From Gordius albopunctatus (taxonomy: Eukaryota), in contig OZ193909.1 of the NCBI GenBank assembly GCA_964276515.1, forward strand, positions 7,316,001 to 7,380,000: 64,000 bases of DNA, in the 5' to 3' direction. The first letter of the stretch is position 1; every line of letters starts with the position of its first letter. The notes below the pieces were generated by a model. It had not been told where the DNA came from, did not search any database, and saw only the letters and a list, made by a program, of their open reading frames with translations. The position numbers and the translations under genes were made by a program. Positions 10,442 through 25,400 of this stretch are shown piece by piece.

Positions 10442-13400
10442 ATGGAAGAGGCATCGGTCAAAGTAGCTGTCAGGTATATTAGTTTTTGATTAAATCAATT
10501 TTTTACAAACATTAAATGTTAAATTTACTATACTTAATTAAATGTATATGTTAAAATAACTTAATTGTATGACTATCTCATTTACACAATACTCGTTGAA
10601 TTTTAAATATTTTATTTGCATATGAAAATAATCAATATACTACTATATCTAAAATGTATTTGGGATAAATAATTTAATTCCAATAAGTATACTCCACATA
10701 TTGGATCATGGGTGTAGCCAACATTGGGATTAGAGGGGGGCAATAATGATTTAGAGAGGGGAAAAATTAACATTTTTTGAAAATTTAGTCATGATTTTAA
10801 TAAATTTCAACAAGTTTTTGGATTTAGATAGGGCAGATACCCCTCCCTGCCCCCCCTGGCTACGCCAATGTATTGGATATTGCAAGTTTGTTATCCCTAT
10901 TTTACATGTTTCTTAGCACTTTTAAAAATTAATTTGTAATTCATTAAAATTTTGCTTTATTTTTATTAAATAGATGGGATATAGCTTTTAATAAATGATT
11001 CAATCTCAAACATAGCATTGTGTAAAGGTGGACATGATTGATTATTGTTTAACTGCTTGAGGCTAAATAAAGCTGTCATAATCTTCTTGACAGAGGACAT
11101 CTATTAAATATTAAGCCAATATTAATAAATTTGGTTTACAATTAACATGCACAAAGTATGAAAGTACATTGTTAAAGGTTATTATCTTAGTGTTTTTTGC
11201 AAAAAAATAATCAAACCTTTTTTCATTTAATTTAATTTTTTTTAAAATGAATATTGATTTGCATAAGTCTTTAAATTATTTATATTCAATTTCCAATACA
11301 TATTTGTTTTTTTAACATTTTTAACACTATCAAAAGTTTTGAACTGGCTTTGTCAGTATGGAAAAGAGCCAAGCACACTAATAAATCACTCAATATAATT
11401 CTAACTACTTCAATCTCTTCATTGTATCGCCCTGATATTACTTTTTTGAGCGGAACTTTCGATTTGCCAAAAAATGTGTGATCAATGAACAAATTGCGAA
11501 TGATGATATTTGCACGCTGGCGAAAATTCGTGCAAATTTAGCTTAAACATCCGTCGGAAAGTGTTGCTACTTATTTTGGGGACATTCTATTTATACACGG
11601 CGGACTGATGTTAGCGTGAGAATTGTCGCGCTAAAGTGACATAAATCTCGCAACAATAAAAAAGTCAACGCCGTATTTGTTTAGTCCCATGGGCATAGCT
11701 TGGACGCTCTCTTTAAATATGCACAAGGAGGAGTAGGCTATTCCTATGCAACTTTAACTATATACAATGAGAAACTTAGTTTTTATAATGTGTATTTCTA
11801 TATCGGTAAGCTACCCTTGACCCTTTAACCTTAAAATTTCCATTTTATAAAACATTTTTAGAGGGCCAATTATGTTTGCCATGGACGTAACCAGCATTGC
11901 AAAGGGGCAAAATGAACATTTTCTAAAATTTTAGCCATAATTCTAATAAATTTCAATAAATTTTTGGATTTTAAGGGGGGGGGCAGCCGCCCCTCTCTGC
12001 CCCCCCCCCCCCCCTCCCCCTTGGCTACCCCATGATGTCGCAATAAAGTTTTCTTGACTTTATTTTATTAACTTAACGCATTGAAGTAGTATTTTAATAT
12101 GTATGATTTTATTATTTACAAAATTAAGTCAGGGGAATTTCGAAGCGGTTACTAATTTTCCATTTAAATTTATATAACAAAATTTTATCAGTGGGGTTTT
12201 TTGACCCCGTTTTGCCTCCTAAAATATATCTCCTTATAATTGTTATACCTTAAAAATTAAATTATAATTTTCACCCTCGAATACATTAATTTCATCGATT
12301 TGTCTCAAACATATTTATAATTTTAGCGAAATTGGCAATGCTCGACAAACGTTCGCATAACCAAATGCCAAAGCCAAACTAGGCCTATATTAATCTACTT
12401 TTCATTTCCCTTTCTTTTTATATGGGGGGAATCTGTAAAGATGAAATTGAGATAAGACAACATTTTCCATCCTCCCCACAAAAACTATTTTTCCATCTTC
12501 AAAACCATCCCTTCCCTCCTAACCACAAATTAATAACGAGCTGCTCAATGACCGTGTCTTTTGCCATTTACGTTCAGATCTCGTCTCTATACTTTTTCTT
12601 TCCCCACAATTATATGCTTTGCAATAATAATAATTATTGTAAATGTTAAAAACATTATTTTTCATTATCTAGCGTGTTTTTTTGCAGCTTTAGTATCTTT
12701 TGTAATTTAATTAACACCAAAGATAGTTTTAAGATTAAGCAAGTTAAGGTAAGTTTTGGTATGGAGAGACTAGTCATTTTTTCTTTCTTTAGGCTTCTTT
12801 TTGTATAAAAGAATTATACCCCCAGGCAAACGTTGTTTCTGATAGAAGAGGAGATGGGGCTGATATTGGTTTGTTGTTGTAACAACGGGGTACTACGACG
12901 CTGCTAATTTAATGAATTGGTCCATGTCGGGTGGACGCGTTAATCGATCGATATCCTCTAATATTTGTTAGTAAAATGCCTGCTACAGGTTGCGGCGGCT
13001 ATAATTGGTAGAGGTGTGGTCGTTTAAAACTCACTCTGACCGAGTCTCCAGTATTATGGTAAAATTCGAATCCCCTGTCTCGACTTTTGCATCCAAGCTA
13101 AAATTCTGCGACCTCTTCGCTAATCGCAATTTTAAATTCTGTCAGACTCCGGTTAAGTCTGAACCCGAGCCCTGAATTATTATTAATTGAAAATAATTAT
13201 ACGAATGTTTTGATGGGGCGTGGGGGTGTAGTTGGTGTAGGTAGACTTTATCTTTGAACAATAGCTCGCGGGTTCGAATCCCGCTTTTACCACTTTGTTT
13301 TAAACAGATTTAAAATATATCACATCGTCAACCTGGATAGCCGAGCGTCACCCCTCATCCAAATATCTAAAGAAGCTGACCACCTTAGTGTGACAAGCAG

Positions 13401-16400
13401 CTATTGAAATCGTTTTTTATAAGGATGTTTTTTATAAATGGATACCTGAAAATGACAATTTTGTCAGTTTATCCCTTAATTTAGCGTATATTTATGGACA
13501 TTTTTCCATCCCGTAACATCTATGGAAATGATGGCTTTAATTTAATAATAATCTTCCCTTCCTATTCATTCAAATCGTAGGGACGACCCTGCATTTATTT
13601 GTGTGAATTTGTGATGTGATGTGTTACGCTTTAAATTTTCCCGTTTTTTCTCTTCTTCAATCGATAATAAATATCAGCAAGTGAGGCAATTTTATTTAAC
13701 CTCGTTCGTCAACTCTTAATTACTTACCCAACGGCATTTTAATGTGTAGCTGAGAGTGGGGCTGAAAGGGCTCTTAAATAATAACCCGCTTCCTCAGAAA
13801 CTTAGTCTTCCAGCCGGGGTGAGTATATAGGTAAGGTTTGTGTCATCAGCCAGCATTGATTGTATCGGTTCGCTCGCTGGAGGAGGTTAAGGGTGTCATA
13901 TTCTAAGCGCGCGCGACCCATTTAAGTGACATAGTTATGGGGTAGAGATCTTAAATTTCTTTTTTCTAAGCATTTTTAGAGTTATGGATCTCAAAAACTT
14001 TCTATTTTATGCCGATCATCTTTCTACGGTTTATTCTTCTATAGCTCATAGGGCCCGAAATAAAGAAAAATCTGAAATCTCGGATATAGGTAAAGCCCCA
14101 AAAAATTTACTCCATCTTAAACTTTCTAGGAAATCCATACAAATGGACCTTTTATCAAATTTTAATATGCAATATTTGAAGCAGGTTAAATACTCAAAAT
14201 TTAACCTATGGGTTTTGAAGTTTTGGATAAACTTCTCTCTGACATATGTTTGCCATTAAGGGCTAATATGGATTACATCTATGAGAGGCCAAACTCGGGA
14301 TTGCTTGGATTAGAAATGCTCTCTTTAGATAAATCTCTGTAAGGAGCTTTGATTTAAATATTTACAATAATTTTTCTTAAGTTTTAATCTTGTTGTAATT
14401 TTTTTATTGCTACTAAAACAGTTATATAAATAATTCAAAAAACAGAAGAATTCAAAATAACATTTAAGAATTAAAAAAAACGTCCTTTTTAATTTTGACG
14501 GCCTTTAAGGCTTACCAAAACATGCCATTAATTTGATTAAATTTATTGTTTTGGTTGTTTTTCTTTTCCTTCTTTAAAAACTAGAAAAGTGACCACATTT
14601 TCGCTCACAGAACTTAAAGCAACGCGTGCTGGGTCCACATAAATCTTAACACTGACTTGATTTCTCATATATCTAAAATTTATTCACTCTTAGATTTTAA
14701 AATATATTTAATAGAATCAAGACCTTTTTGCCAGTGCTGTCAAAAAATAGCTTGAAAGTATTGATTAATTTCGCGTGATTTTGGTACAGGATTCGTCCCC
14801 AAATAGCGCGGGAAGTGATTGAACAGTGCCGATTATGCACCACGGTAACGTCCGGGGAACCTCAAATTTTTTTGTCGCGCGACAAAGGATTCACCTTCGA
14901 TCACGTTTTCGATCGGGATCGGGGCCAAGAAGAAGTTTATCGGGCCCTCGTGGTTCCACTGGTTCAAGGCTGTTTCGAGGGCTACAACGCCACGGTCCTT
15001 GCTTACGGACAGGTACACTCTCCAATCTGATAAATTAATCTATCGATTGTATCCAAAATATTGCCAAAAAATATTTTTTAAAGCCTGTGTTAATACAATC
15101 GACTGCAGAACCAATGATATTTATTATGTAAGAATGTAGGCCGCCATGATCTATTCATTTTGTTGGATAATGAAAGGTAACTTACTTAGGGAAAGTTTGT
15201 CAATCCTTTAATGTTCTCGTTATTCTTTCCCGCACAAGTGCTCACATTGAAAAACCTCACTAAAAATGGCTGCCGCAGTTACTTAATTAATTATAGTGCG
15301 AAAATTGGCTCTTCGCCAGTCTATTGTATTCGTCTAGGGTTATAATAGAAAATGAACTTAGTGTTTGTGAAAAGCCCATATATATGGGAGTTATTTTACT
15401 CCCCCTCTTATTTATTAAGGATAAGTTTATTCTTATGTGGTTGATTCTGCCCCTCCTTGATAGAATTGCAAAATAATTTTTTTTCTTAGATCTGTTTGTC
15501 ACATTTAGTGGTCAGCTCCTTCAAGTTGGTTCTCCATGTATTCCTGCACTTACACCAGCTTCGCTTTAGCTCCTACCTTCTCAAGTCCATATCTATCTTA
15601 TGCTTCCATGGCAGTTTAGGCCTCCCTCTCTTTCGCTTACCTTCGACTTGCACTTTCTTGATACGATTTGCCAAGTAACTTTCCTCCCGTCTCTCCAAAT
15701 GGCCATACCATCTCAATCTTCTTACCACCAACTTTCTCTGAATCGGAACTACATTTAGTTCATCCCTTATGTCTTGATTCCTTACATGGTCCTTTTTGCT
15801 TGTTCCCAAGATCCACATTAATATTCGCATCTCCATTGTAGCCAAGCTTTGCTCCTCTTTTACCTTAATTGCCCAGGTTTCCGCTCCATACAATACCGTG
15901 GGTACAATAACGGTGTTATATAACCGTCCTTTCAATTTGAGTGGTATGTGTTTGTCACATACTCCCTGAATTTTAGCCAGCCTGCGTTTATTCTTGCCTT
16001 AATTTCGTTTTCCACACCTCCATCACATTGTACCCTAGAACCAAGATATTTGAATTCTTTCCTGCTGCTTAAACACCAGTCATCGATTTGCAGGTATGCT
16101 TCTTTGTATTCATTCCCCGAATCCAAGCATACATATTCCGTTTTATCTCGGTTGACCCTAAGGCCTTTGCTTTCAATTCGTTCCATCCACACTTTCACCT
16201 GCTCTGCTAATTCCACGTTTGAGCCTGCGCAAAGGACGATATCATCCGCAAAGAGCATTGCCCAAAGTGATTCGCGTTTCAGGTTCTTCGTTATCGAATC
16301 AATTATTCCTATGAAGAGCAATGAATTTAAGGCCGATCCTTGATGCGCACCGACATTTAGACTGAATCCCGTACTTTTGTTTTTGCGTTTCTATACATAT

Positions 16401-19400
16401 CCTTTATTAACATTATATAAGCCTCGGGTACAGCATTGGAACTCAGGCTATCCCATATCAACTGCCTTGGCACTTTATCGAAAGCTTTCTCAAGATCGAT
16501 AAAACACATATGAAGATCCTTTTGTTTTTCCTTATATACTTCCATAAGTCTCCAAAGACCATGTATTGCATCTGAAGTCGACTTTCTAGGCATGGACCCA
16601 AATTTTTGTTCATCTATTAATATTATTTTTTAAAGTCTGGCTTCTACAACCTTTTCCCACATCTTCATTACGTGACTCGTTAACTTTATAGTTGCTGCAT
16701 TCTTGTACATCATCCTTCAATTTATAGATAGGTATAACATAGCTTTCCCTCCACTCATCAGGCCTAATACCATTTACAAGTATTTTGTTAAACAGCTTTG
16801 CAAGTAGATGTACACCTAAGGGTCCTAGCATTTTGAAAGCTTCCATAGGTATATTATCAGGTCCCAACGCTCTACCCATGGTTATCTTTTTAAGAACCTG
16901 GTCAACCTCTTCTTCTGTCACTTCTAACTCTGGGTCATATTCATAGGTCTTGCTTACTCAGTGCTCCGAAAACACATTTTCACTGTTTAATAATTCTTTA
17001 TAGTATTCTTCCCAACGATCTATGATTTGATGGTCGAGAGTTAGACTGATGCTTTCCTTGCTCTTTATAGATTTCACGTTTACCACATTCTTTGAGTTCC
17101 TTGCTCTGGTCTTTGCGATTTTGTAGATCATTCTTTCCCCTCCTTTACTGGTTAACTTGGCATTCGAATTTTCGTAAACCTCTGTTTTGCCTTGGCTACA
17201 CAACGTTTTGCCTCCTTTTTAGCTTTCGGATATGCCAATCGTGTTTCTTCATTTCTGTTACCTGACCATAATTTGTAAAGCTTTCTTTTCAATTTGACCA
17301 GGCGTTGCACATCTTCGTTCCACTACCATGTCTCCTTATCTTTTTGTAAACCTGGTTTACCTTCTAGAACACACCTCGTTACTAATCGTACCGTGTCAGC
17401 TATGTTATTCCACATATAGTTAGCATTCTGCTGATCATCTATTTCCAGCCGTTCAACCATTTGATCCTTGTAAATATATTTCCATTTTGGTAGCCGGAAC
17501 CATTTGATTTTCCCATTTAATCTCTTCGGCTTTTGTATTTTCGCCTTGGAGATGGTATAGTCCATCACAACAAGTCTATGCTGGGCTGCAATAGCCTCAC
17601 CTGGTATCACCTTACAATCTCGTACATTCTTTAATTCCTTTCTTGATATTAGGAGAAAGTCAATCTGCGAAGATCGATTTCCACTTTTGTACGTTATTAG
17701 GTGATTTATATTCTTTTTGAAGCAGGTATTTGTGATGGCCAAATCAAATGCTACGGCTATTTTCAATATTTCGTCGCCTTCATCGTTTCTCGCTTCGTAG
17801 CCATTTCCACCATGGTACCGTTCAAATTCTTCTCTTGTTTTGTCTACGTAACCATTCATATCTGCTCCAATTATAACTATCTCGGCTCTGGGTATTATTC
17901 GCAGCATTTCGTCTTGCGGAGCATATCCGGAAACTACATGAATCATTTGACCTTCTATGCATAGTTTCAACATCATGAGTCGCCAAATTTTTCTTTGTAC
18001 CTCAATGACTTTATCTTGCAGATGTGAGGCTAGTATGATTGCCACGCCATTTTTATTCGTTTTCAAGCCACTGAAGTAAAGTTTATAGCCTTCACCTATC
18101 ATCCTTACTTTTGCGCCTTTCCATCTTGTTTCCTGTATACACGCTATATCGATCGACCCGTCGCTTGCTGAGGGTGTCAGCAACTTATCGGCATTTTGCT
18201 GTCATCGTTCCAACATTTAGCTAGCCCACTCTCGATCTCGTCCTTAGCAAACTAGTTTCTTTAACTAGATCCGTTTGCGGAAGATGTAGTAAGATTATAT
18301 CAGCGTGGCTACAAAAACTAATAGATACTTTTATGTTAGACGGGTTCGGGGAAAACCTACACAATGGGCACCTCGTTTAGCCTTTCGCAAGAGGAGGATC
18401 AAGTTGGAATTATACCTCGGGCCCTGGATCAAATATTTAAGGAGATCGAAGCCCAAATTCAAAATAACTCCACCGATTTTGTGCCCGAATTTGTGTTGTC
18501 GGTGCAATTTATAGAAGTAAAATTCTTTTATGCAATACTTAATTCTATATACGGTACGAGGGCTGAATTAGTAAAGTTTTTTTTCTTTTTCACACATAAC
18601 ATTACTCAGGACTAATGTATAATTATTTAAATGCTGCATTTAGACAGTGTTTTTATCTGGCTCAATTGAGCTAGTGTTTTAGTTTTTATTGCATTATATC
18701 TAATAAATTATTTTATATTTACATTTTCCACAAATAGCTTTACAACGATGAAGTGTACGACTTGTTGGATGGTCCAAGAAACGCGGCCCCGAATTTTATC
18801 AACGTATTTACTCATTTTTATTGAAATTTCTGTATTTTGAATATGTTTGTTCAGTTATTTGCTTCATTTTTGCTCAATTACTATGCTACGCACTATCTTT
18901 AAAGGCTCGTAAGAGTGGTAACATAAAGATACACGAGGATTCGCAAGGGAACATCACCGTATCTGGGATCACCACTAAATTAGTCAGGAGCAAAGAAGAG
19001 GTATTGATCAGAATTTTCCCTCAGAATTTATATTCAGTTCTTTAAAGCAAACTCAAGACAAACCAACATTTTTTTGATTCGACTATATCTTTTGAGCTCC
19101 CTTAGCGGGCTGACAACGGATTAATTAATTAAATATTTGACTATTCTCGCGTCTAATATAATTGCGGAAACATTTTGCGTTTTGCCCCAGACTCTGAAGT
19201 ATTTGAAAGAGGGCGCCTTATCCCGCACCACAGCCAGCACACAAATGAATTTGCAATCATCTCGGTCTCACGCCATCTTTACCCTTTACATCAGGCAACG
19301 GAGAAAAATTACTGGAGCCAGGCTTTCTTCCTCAGCTACTACCGATTGCCTCACCGTTTCGGTACCCTTATTTTATGTGTATTTTCCCAGCAATGTTTGT

Positions 19401-22400
19401 CACATTATTTAATAATAGTTGTTGTCATTCTAACTTTAGTTACAAAATATTAATGAGATTATATTTATCCGATTCTTTATTATTGGAAGCCCGCCTTATA
19501 ATATGTAACTTGATTTAAAATACTTTTATCAGTGTCATCTAAATATGAAGCGCTTTTTAAAGAATTAGTTAACCAACACTAAAAATCCGCTTTGGTTAAA
19601 GGCTGTTTTGCGACAAAAGTCTCAATGGTGTAAACGTAAATTTGCTTAAAAACACTCGATTTTTTTTACTAATGCAATCAAAAAAATTATTCCTTATTGT
19701 TTAATTTCGAAGGACTTTACTTTATTTAGACATTAGTTATTTGCAATCATCATTTATAGGAAGTTTAAGGGTTATAATTTTATACGCGAAGTATTGTTGT
19801 TTACTACCTTTTATTAAATTATTCCTTTTTCACGCTAGGATTCATTAGACGATAGCGCCCGAACTGCAAATGGGCCCGTATCCTTTGCGATCTCCACTAC
19901 TATACGCGATGACGTCGAAATTGAAGATTTTGAATGCCTTACGGCAAAATTCAACTTCGTCGACCTCGCTGGATCGGAACGCCTCAAAAGGACTTGTGCC
20001 ACCGGACACAGGGCTAAAGAAGGCATTTCCATAAATTGCGGCTTGGTAAATAGAATACGCACCACACTTATATATACGTATGATGTACTACCTTTACACT
20101 GGGGTGGTCAAAATGAGTTTTACGGTCTGAGTAACCCTTTTCCCTCGCTCTTTCCTATATACGAATGTGACCCCTGAGATTAATTGGTACTAAATCGAGC
20201 GTCTTCGTTCGTTGATACTAAAAATGTCAGATTTTTTGTTTGGGAGATTTTAAATGTTTTCTTTAATAAATATTACTATGACATTAAGAGGCATTTCCAC
20301 AAAAAGCTCTTCAATTTCAAACGTGAGAGATTTAAAAATTTAATTTTTACAGGGCAAAGTATAAGTATTTTTATAAATTATAAAAGTTAAATCAATGGAT
20401 AGAGTCAAATTATAAGCTTTTACATTTTCTGCCATAGTGTCATTGCCCAAGGTCAAACGTGTAGTCGTTATCGTTTTCAAGTTTCGTTGTTTATTATAAT
20501 TCTGGGCGTTAATTTAGTTATTCATATTTCTATTATAGGCATTCTAATTATTGTACGTTTCATTCTAAAGCTTGCCCTTGGCAATGTCATATCAGCGTTG
20601 GGCGACAAATCTAGGCGAATGTCTCACATACCTTACAGAGATTCTAAACTAACCCGATTGCTCCAGGATTCTTTGGGTGGTAATAGGTAATTAACATTTA
20701 TCGGTGTTATTATATCTTCTACCACGACAAATATGTCTTATAGGTATAGAAAAGTTGCCTGCTTTACGTTAGAACGGTTGAGAATTTTAAAACTGCGTTT
20801 TCATATTTTGGTATCAAAACTTGGTTTAAATTCGTAACTTTTAGAAATCTCTAAAGATTACTTGCAAAAACACTGGCCTTTCTTTTAGTTCTGTTGAAAA
20901 CACTTCAGTTTTTAGCGAGAATGCCAATTTAGTAAAAACTGAAATCTTTTTTAATTTATTTGCACATTTTATATCCGAAAAAATTTGACTTGTTAATATA
21001 CCATAGGAGAGTTTATTTTAGATAGGACCACTTTGCATCTCTCGATACTGTTTGCATAAGTAATGGAATTTTATATGGGACTCATTATAGTCGTACTCTC
21101 ATGATCGCTTGTGTATCGCCCTCGGATTGTGATTTTATGGAAACCTTGAACACCTTGAATTACGCCAATCGCGCCAAGAATATAAAGAACAAGGTGTCCG
21201 CCAACAAGGATAAATCCAGCAAAGTGATCGCTTCACTCCGGGCAGAGATTGAGAGGCTCCAAGTCGAAATTGTCCAACTTAAACGAGTATTCTTCATATT
21301 TCGGCAAAAAATACCGAATAACGGAAAATTAGTTATATATATATAACTATAAGCATAGATTAGGTTGGGCGGGTACGCTCTATCAATAATATTCTCCTAT
21401 AGTATTTTTTAAAAAAATTATAAAAAGTCTTACCAAATTGGACTTGGCAAATCACCCCTTTGTAGTATATATACCACCATCGATTCTAACCTTTAATCTA
21501 ATTTTCATTTGTTTCTTGGAATTTCGAGCAATTTAGGCTACAATAAAATTTTGCATCGCCCTTGTATTTTAATATATCTGGCTCTTAGGCGCTACTTCCT
21601 TTTAAAACTTAAAAGTTTTTTAACACAAATAATTTTTGCCGCCGTGCCTCTTAGAACAAAGCTTTTGAAAGGGGGGACCACGAAGGAGATGATTTCGCGT
21701 CTGACCTTTTAGCGGAAAATAGCATGCTGACGCAAGAAGTGAATCAACTTAAAGTCAACCTCAAATCCCTTCAATCGACCGTACAGTATTTGAACGAACG
21801 CAACGCCAGCCTCATCCTGATGTGTAGGGAACTGGGTACCGAATCTGATCAGTTTTACGACCAATTATTGGTGCGCTGCAACGGTCACGATGATGAAATC
21901 GCCTCTAAAGGTATATAAAAATGATTTTGAGGTTTGCCAATAGGCATTAAGGCAATAAATAAATTTAGATCTGAAGTCAATACCGTTTTTTACTAAGTTA
22001 TTTTTCTTAAGGCGCAACTATTATTATAGCGTTGGTTGTGACTTTGCTTGATTAAACAAGGGAGTTTGTTGGGAAATTTCAATAAGCTAAGCCAATTATA
22101 ATAACTTTTTCGATTCGCTTTGCTAATCAATTTATATAGATTCCAAATACCTTGTGAGTTAAAAAATAAATTTTATAGTATTTTTTTAATATGATTACAG
22201 GAGCTCTCGCTCTCCTGAAACAAATTGGGAAAGCGATCTCCAGCGTCTCTTTAGATTTGAAAGAGTACTTTTTTATCAGGCAAAAGATCACAATGGAAAT
22301 CGTTAAATCCAAAACGATTTCCATACACGAATCAATGCCATCCGTTTAGTTATAGCGCGTTTTTATATTTTTTTAGTCGTGTGTGTAATATTCTGTATCC

Positions 22401-25400
22401 GTTAAAAAAAGGAGATATGAATAAAAACCGTTTCGCCATTTAATAAATACGCTAATAAATTTTATGTATTTATAGTAAATATGGAATTGGATCAATTCAT
22501 TGTGAAGAATAATGGCAAGATAAATGGCCTGACTGATACGTTGGCCTCACATATTGCAGAAAAAGAAGTTTTAAAGTAATTATCTGTGGGTCTTAATAAT
22601 TCATTCCCCCAAACGCAAAATATTACATATTAGCCTTAGGTGGAATTTTTTCTTGTGCATGCTTTACATTTTTATTACTTATAAATCAGTTAACAATGAA
22701 ACGTATATGCCATGTGTTTATATTAGCTGATGCTTACTATCAAATGCTTTTTGAAAAAGATTATATTTTTATCGTTTAACAAACCGTCAAATAATTAATT
22801 AATATTACCTTGCAATGGCGCAGGACTAAGATATATGAGTTGGAAAGTATGTTGGCAAATGTGAAAAAGATGTGGAACACCTCTAACCAACGCAACCTCA
22901 TAGCTCGTCCCACTCACTTCTCCCAAAATTTGTTTGATTCTTCAAACATTCACTCTACACCCGATCCCAATTCTTGCGAAAGTGCTAATTATCCATGCGA
23001 AGTAATCTAAAATTTATTTCAAGACAATTTAAACCCTCGCCATTTGCTAAGGGGGGAATTTAGTTAAGTTAAGAGCCATTATGTTTTAGAAATTTAAAAA
23101 CTGTCGGGGTAGGCGGTCATACAACAGCCATATATTAAGCGTCAAAGTTTTTATACTCGTGTAAAATTGATTCAACAATGTTAAATGAATAAACAACTAT
23201 TAAAAATTGGGTTATAATGTTAGTTTTGTTTCAACTGTTGAGCAACCGAATTAAACTTTTAGAAAATCTTACAAGTTCACCTATTTTCTCCTTGGAACTC
23301 AATTATGTTTCTGTTATTTCGCCGCTAGACATATTCTTAAATTATCTGAATTTTAAATAAAGGCACATCATATTAATTCTAAGTAATGCTAAACAATGTT
23401 TTATGAATACCCCCCCCCCCATCTAGTGTTGTAAAAAGGCGTGGGTGCTGTTTGGCCGACCCTTGGTCACCCAGCTAAGACGCTTCGTCGGCTCTGGTCT
23501 GGTTTTTGAACTTTTGACTAAACCTAGGGGTCGACTAAACAAAACCGCCAGCCGTTTTCAAAACACTAATACCCCCTTCCACTCGGCCATAATTTACATT
23601 CGATTTACGCATTTTCTTAAGATAACAGCTACCATTGATGCGGCCATGAAGGAAATCGAAGCTAGCCAGAGCCATGCCTTAACGAATAAGGATTGTCCAA
23701 AACGAATAAAAATAAAAAGGTTAATTTTTTTAATTCCAAGACTATATAATTGTATGACATTCATGAAATAAAATTTTGATAAGGTAGTTTAATTATTTTG
23801 AAATTTAATCATCTCTATTGAGTTCCAAATTAAGCAAAAGCTAGGTGCTTATTTTCACAGATTGGCCCTGAAATTGTTTTAAAATTTATTTGTCTAATTT
23901 TCACATTTTATTCTAGCCATCGCCCAAACCACGTAAAAAGAGCCACTAGTGATCAAGATGAGGTAATTAAAGCTCTTATTTTGAATGGTGTTTTTCCCTA
24001 AATGTTAGTTTATACCACGATTACAAAAATATAAGCCCTAATATAATAATAACAACAATTTTTCACTCTATTTTTTAATGTGACCAGTTCATTTTTTTAG
24101 CCCTTCTATCTTAATTTTTTTATTTGTTTAAGGTTGTTTTTTTCTTCAAATATATCGGGAAAGTCAGGCTTGTGTTAAAATTTGCCTCCGTATCATGTTA
24201 AAATAAGGACCTTAGTTAAAATCAGGACCTTCTTTTTATAATGAATTTAATTGAGCGTTTACAATCAGAACTGGAAGCAGAATAGCCGTTGTTTAAATTT
24301 ATACCAAAATGCGCGCGCTTATCGCCTAGTCCTACATCTCTTATCAAACACCATTTTTCAGGCCTAAATTGTTGTTTAAATTTCATAAACTTGCTTATTT
24401 TTAATAAAATTTTCGCGTTGCCAAAAAAGGTGGGAAATAAAGATGCAAACTCGAAAGTTATGTCTTCAGATTCTTTGGCATCTTCGAACTCTTCGCTAGC
24501 CAGTGTCGCGATGGTGAACGGAACTAACATTGAAACGAGTGATTTAGAGGGCAAAGGAGATTCTGTCGAAGAAGCTAGTAAGTTCTTAATTTAAGTTTCT
24601 AAGGATTTCATATTTTTTGATATTTTAAGCGAAGGCTTGTTTTATCAAGTTAATATATTGTTTAGTTCAAGTAAGAGTAAATTTCTCTTTAGCTGTTTGT
24701 CACATTTGTTGGTCAGGTTTTTTAGAGATCGGATGAGGGAAGACGCTCAGCTTTACTGCCTTACATTTTTTGGCTCAAATATTATATAAATGCGGCGTGT
24801 TGTTCACAATCATGGAACATGTCATCTAATATAAATAAATAGTATTTGGCAAATAAGTGACTACGATAGCTAGGCTTTGCCGTTGTTATCTATTGATCTA
24901 AAAATCGCTTGACCTTAAGCAAGAATGCTACCAATTTTGTAGAGATATTCTGTGGACACTAATATATATCCTTAATTTTTTAACAGCTTTAACTTTAAAC
25001 CTATTGTTTTTTTGCATCATATTGAATTTGTCGATCTCTAGTGGGTGTTGAAGTCTTATAATTCTTGAATTTAAGCTTTTTTATTGTTTGCAATAAACAT
25101 TTTAGAAGTGTATCATCACTTTTTTAATTATAACTGGAAACACCTTTTATTATATGATTGGTTTTATCATTTAGTAAAAAAATGATTTTCACTGCAAATT
25201 AGCACGACCTAAGTATCAATTTTATGACGATATTATTAGATTCTTTCCCCTCATGACACCATTACATAGTGTAGTTAATAGAGCTATCGCAAATATTTGT
25301 ATCACTTCGTTTATCGCTCACCATTTTGCATCTGCTTTTAAATAGTCATTTATCCTTCCGAATTAAAATTATTGAGCTAGGCTATTGTCATCTTTCCATT

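Noticed and set aside
11499..11610. Intronic C/D box snoRNA (ATGATGA...CTGA with an internal TTTGCACG/CGTGCAAA hairpin)
   Set aside because: No terminal stem and no rRNA-complementary guide that I can recognise; such short boxes arise by chance.
13215..13292. Functional tRNA gene
   Set aside because: The T-arm is perfect but the acceptor, D and anticodon stems do not pair convincingly, and the sequence continues into an RTE-like tail; better explained as a SINE head.
22279..22285. Second GC donor (CAG|GCAAAA) in KIF21
   Set aside because: Its phase does not match either downstream acceptor.
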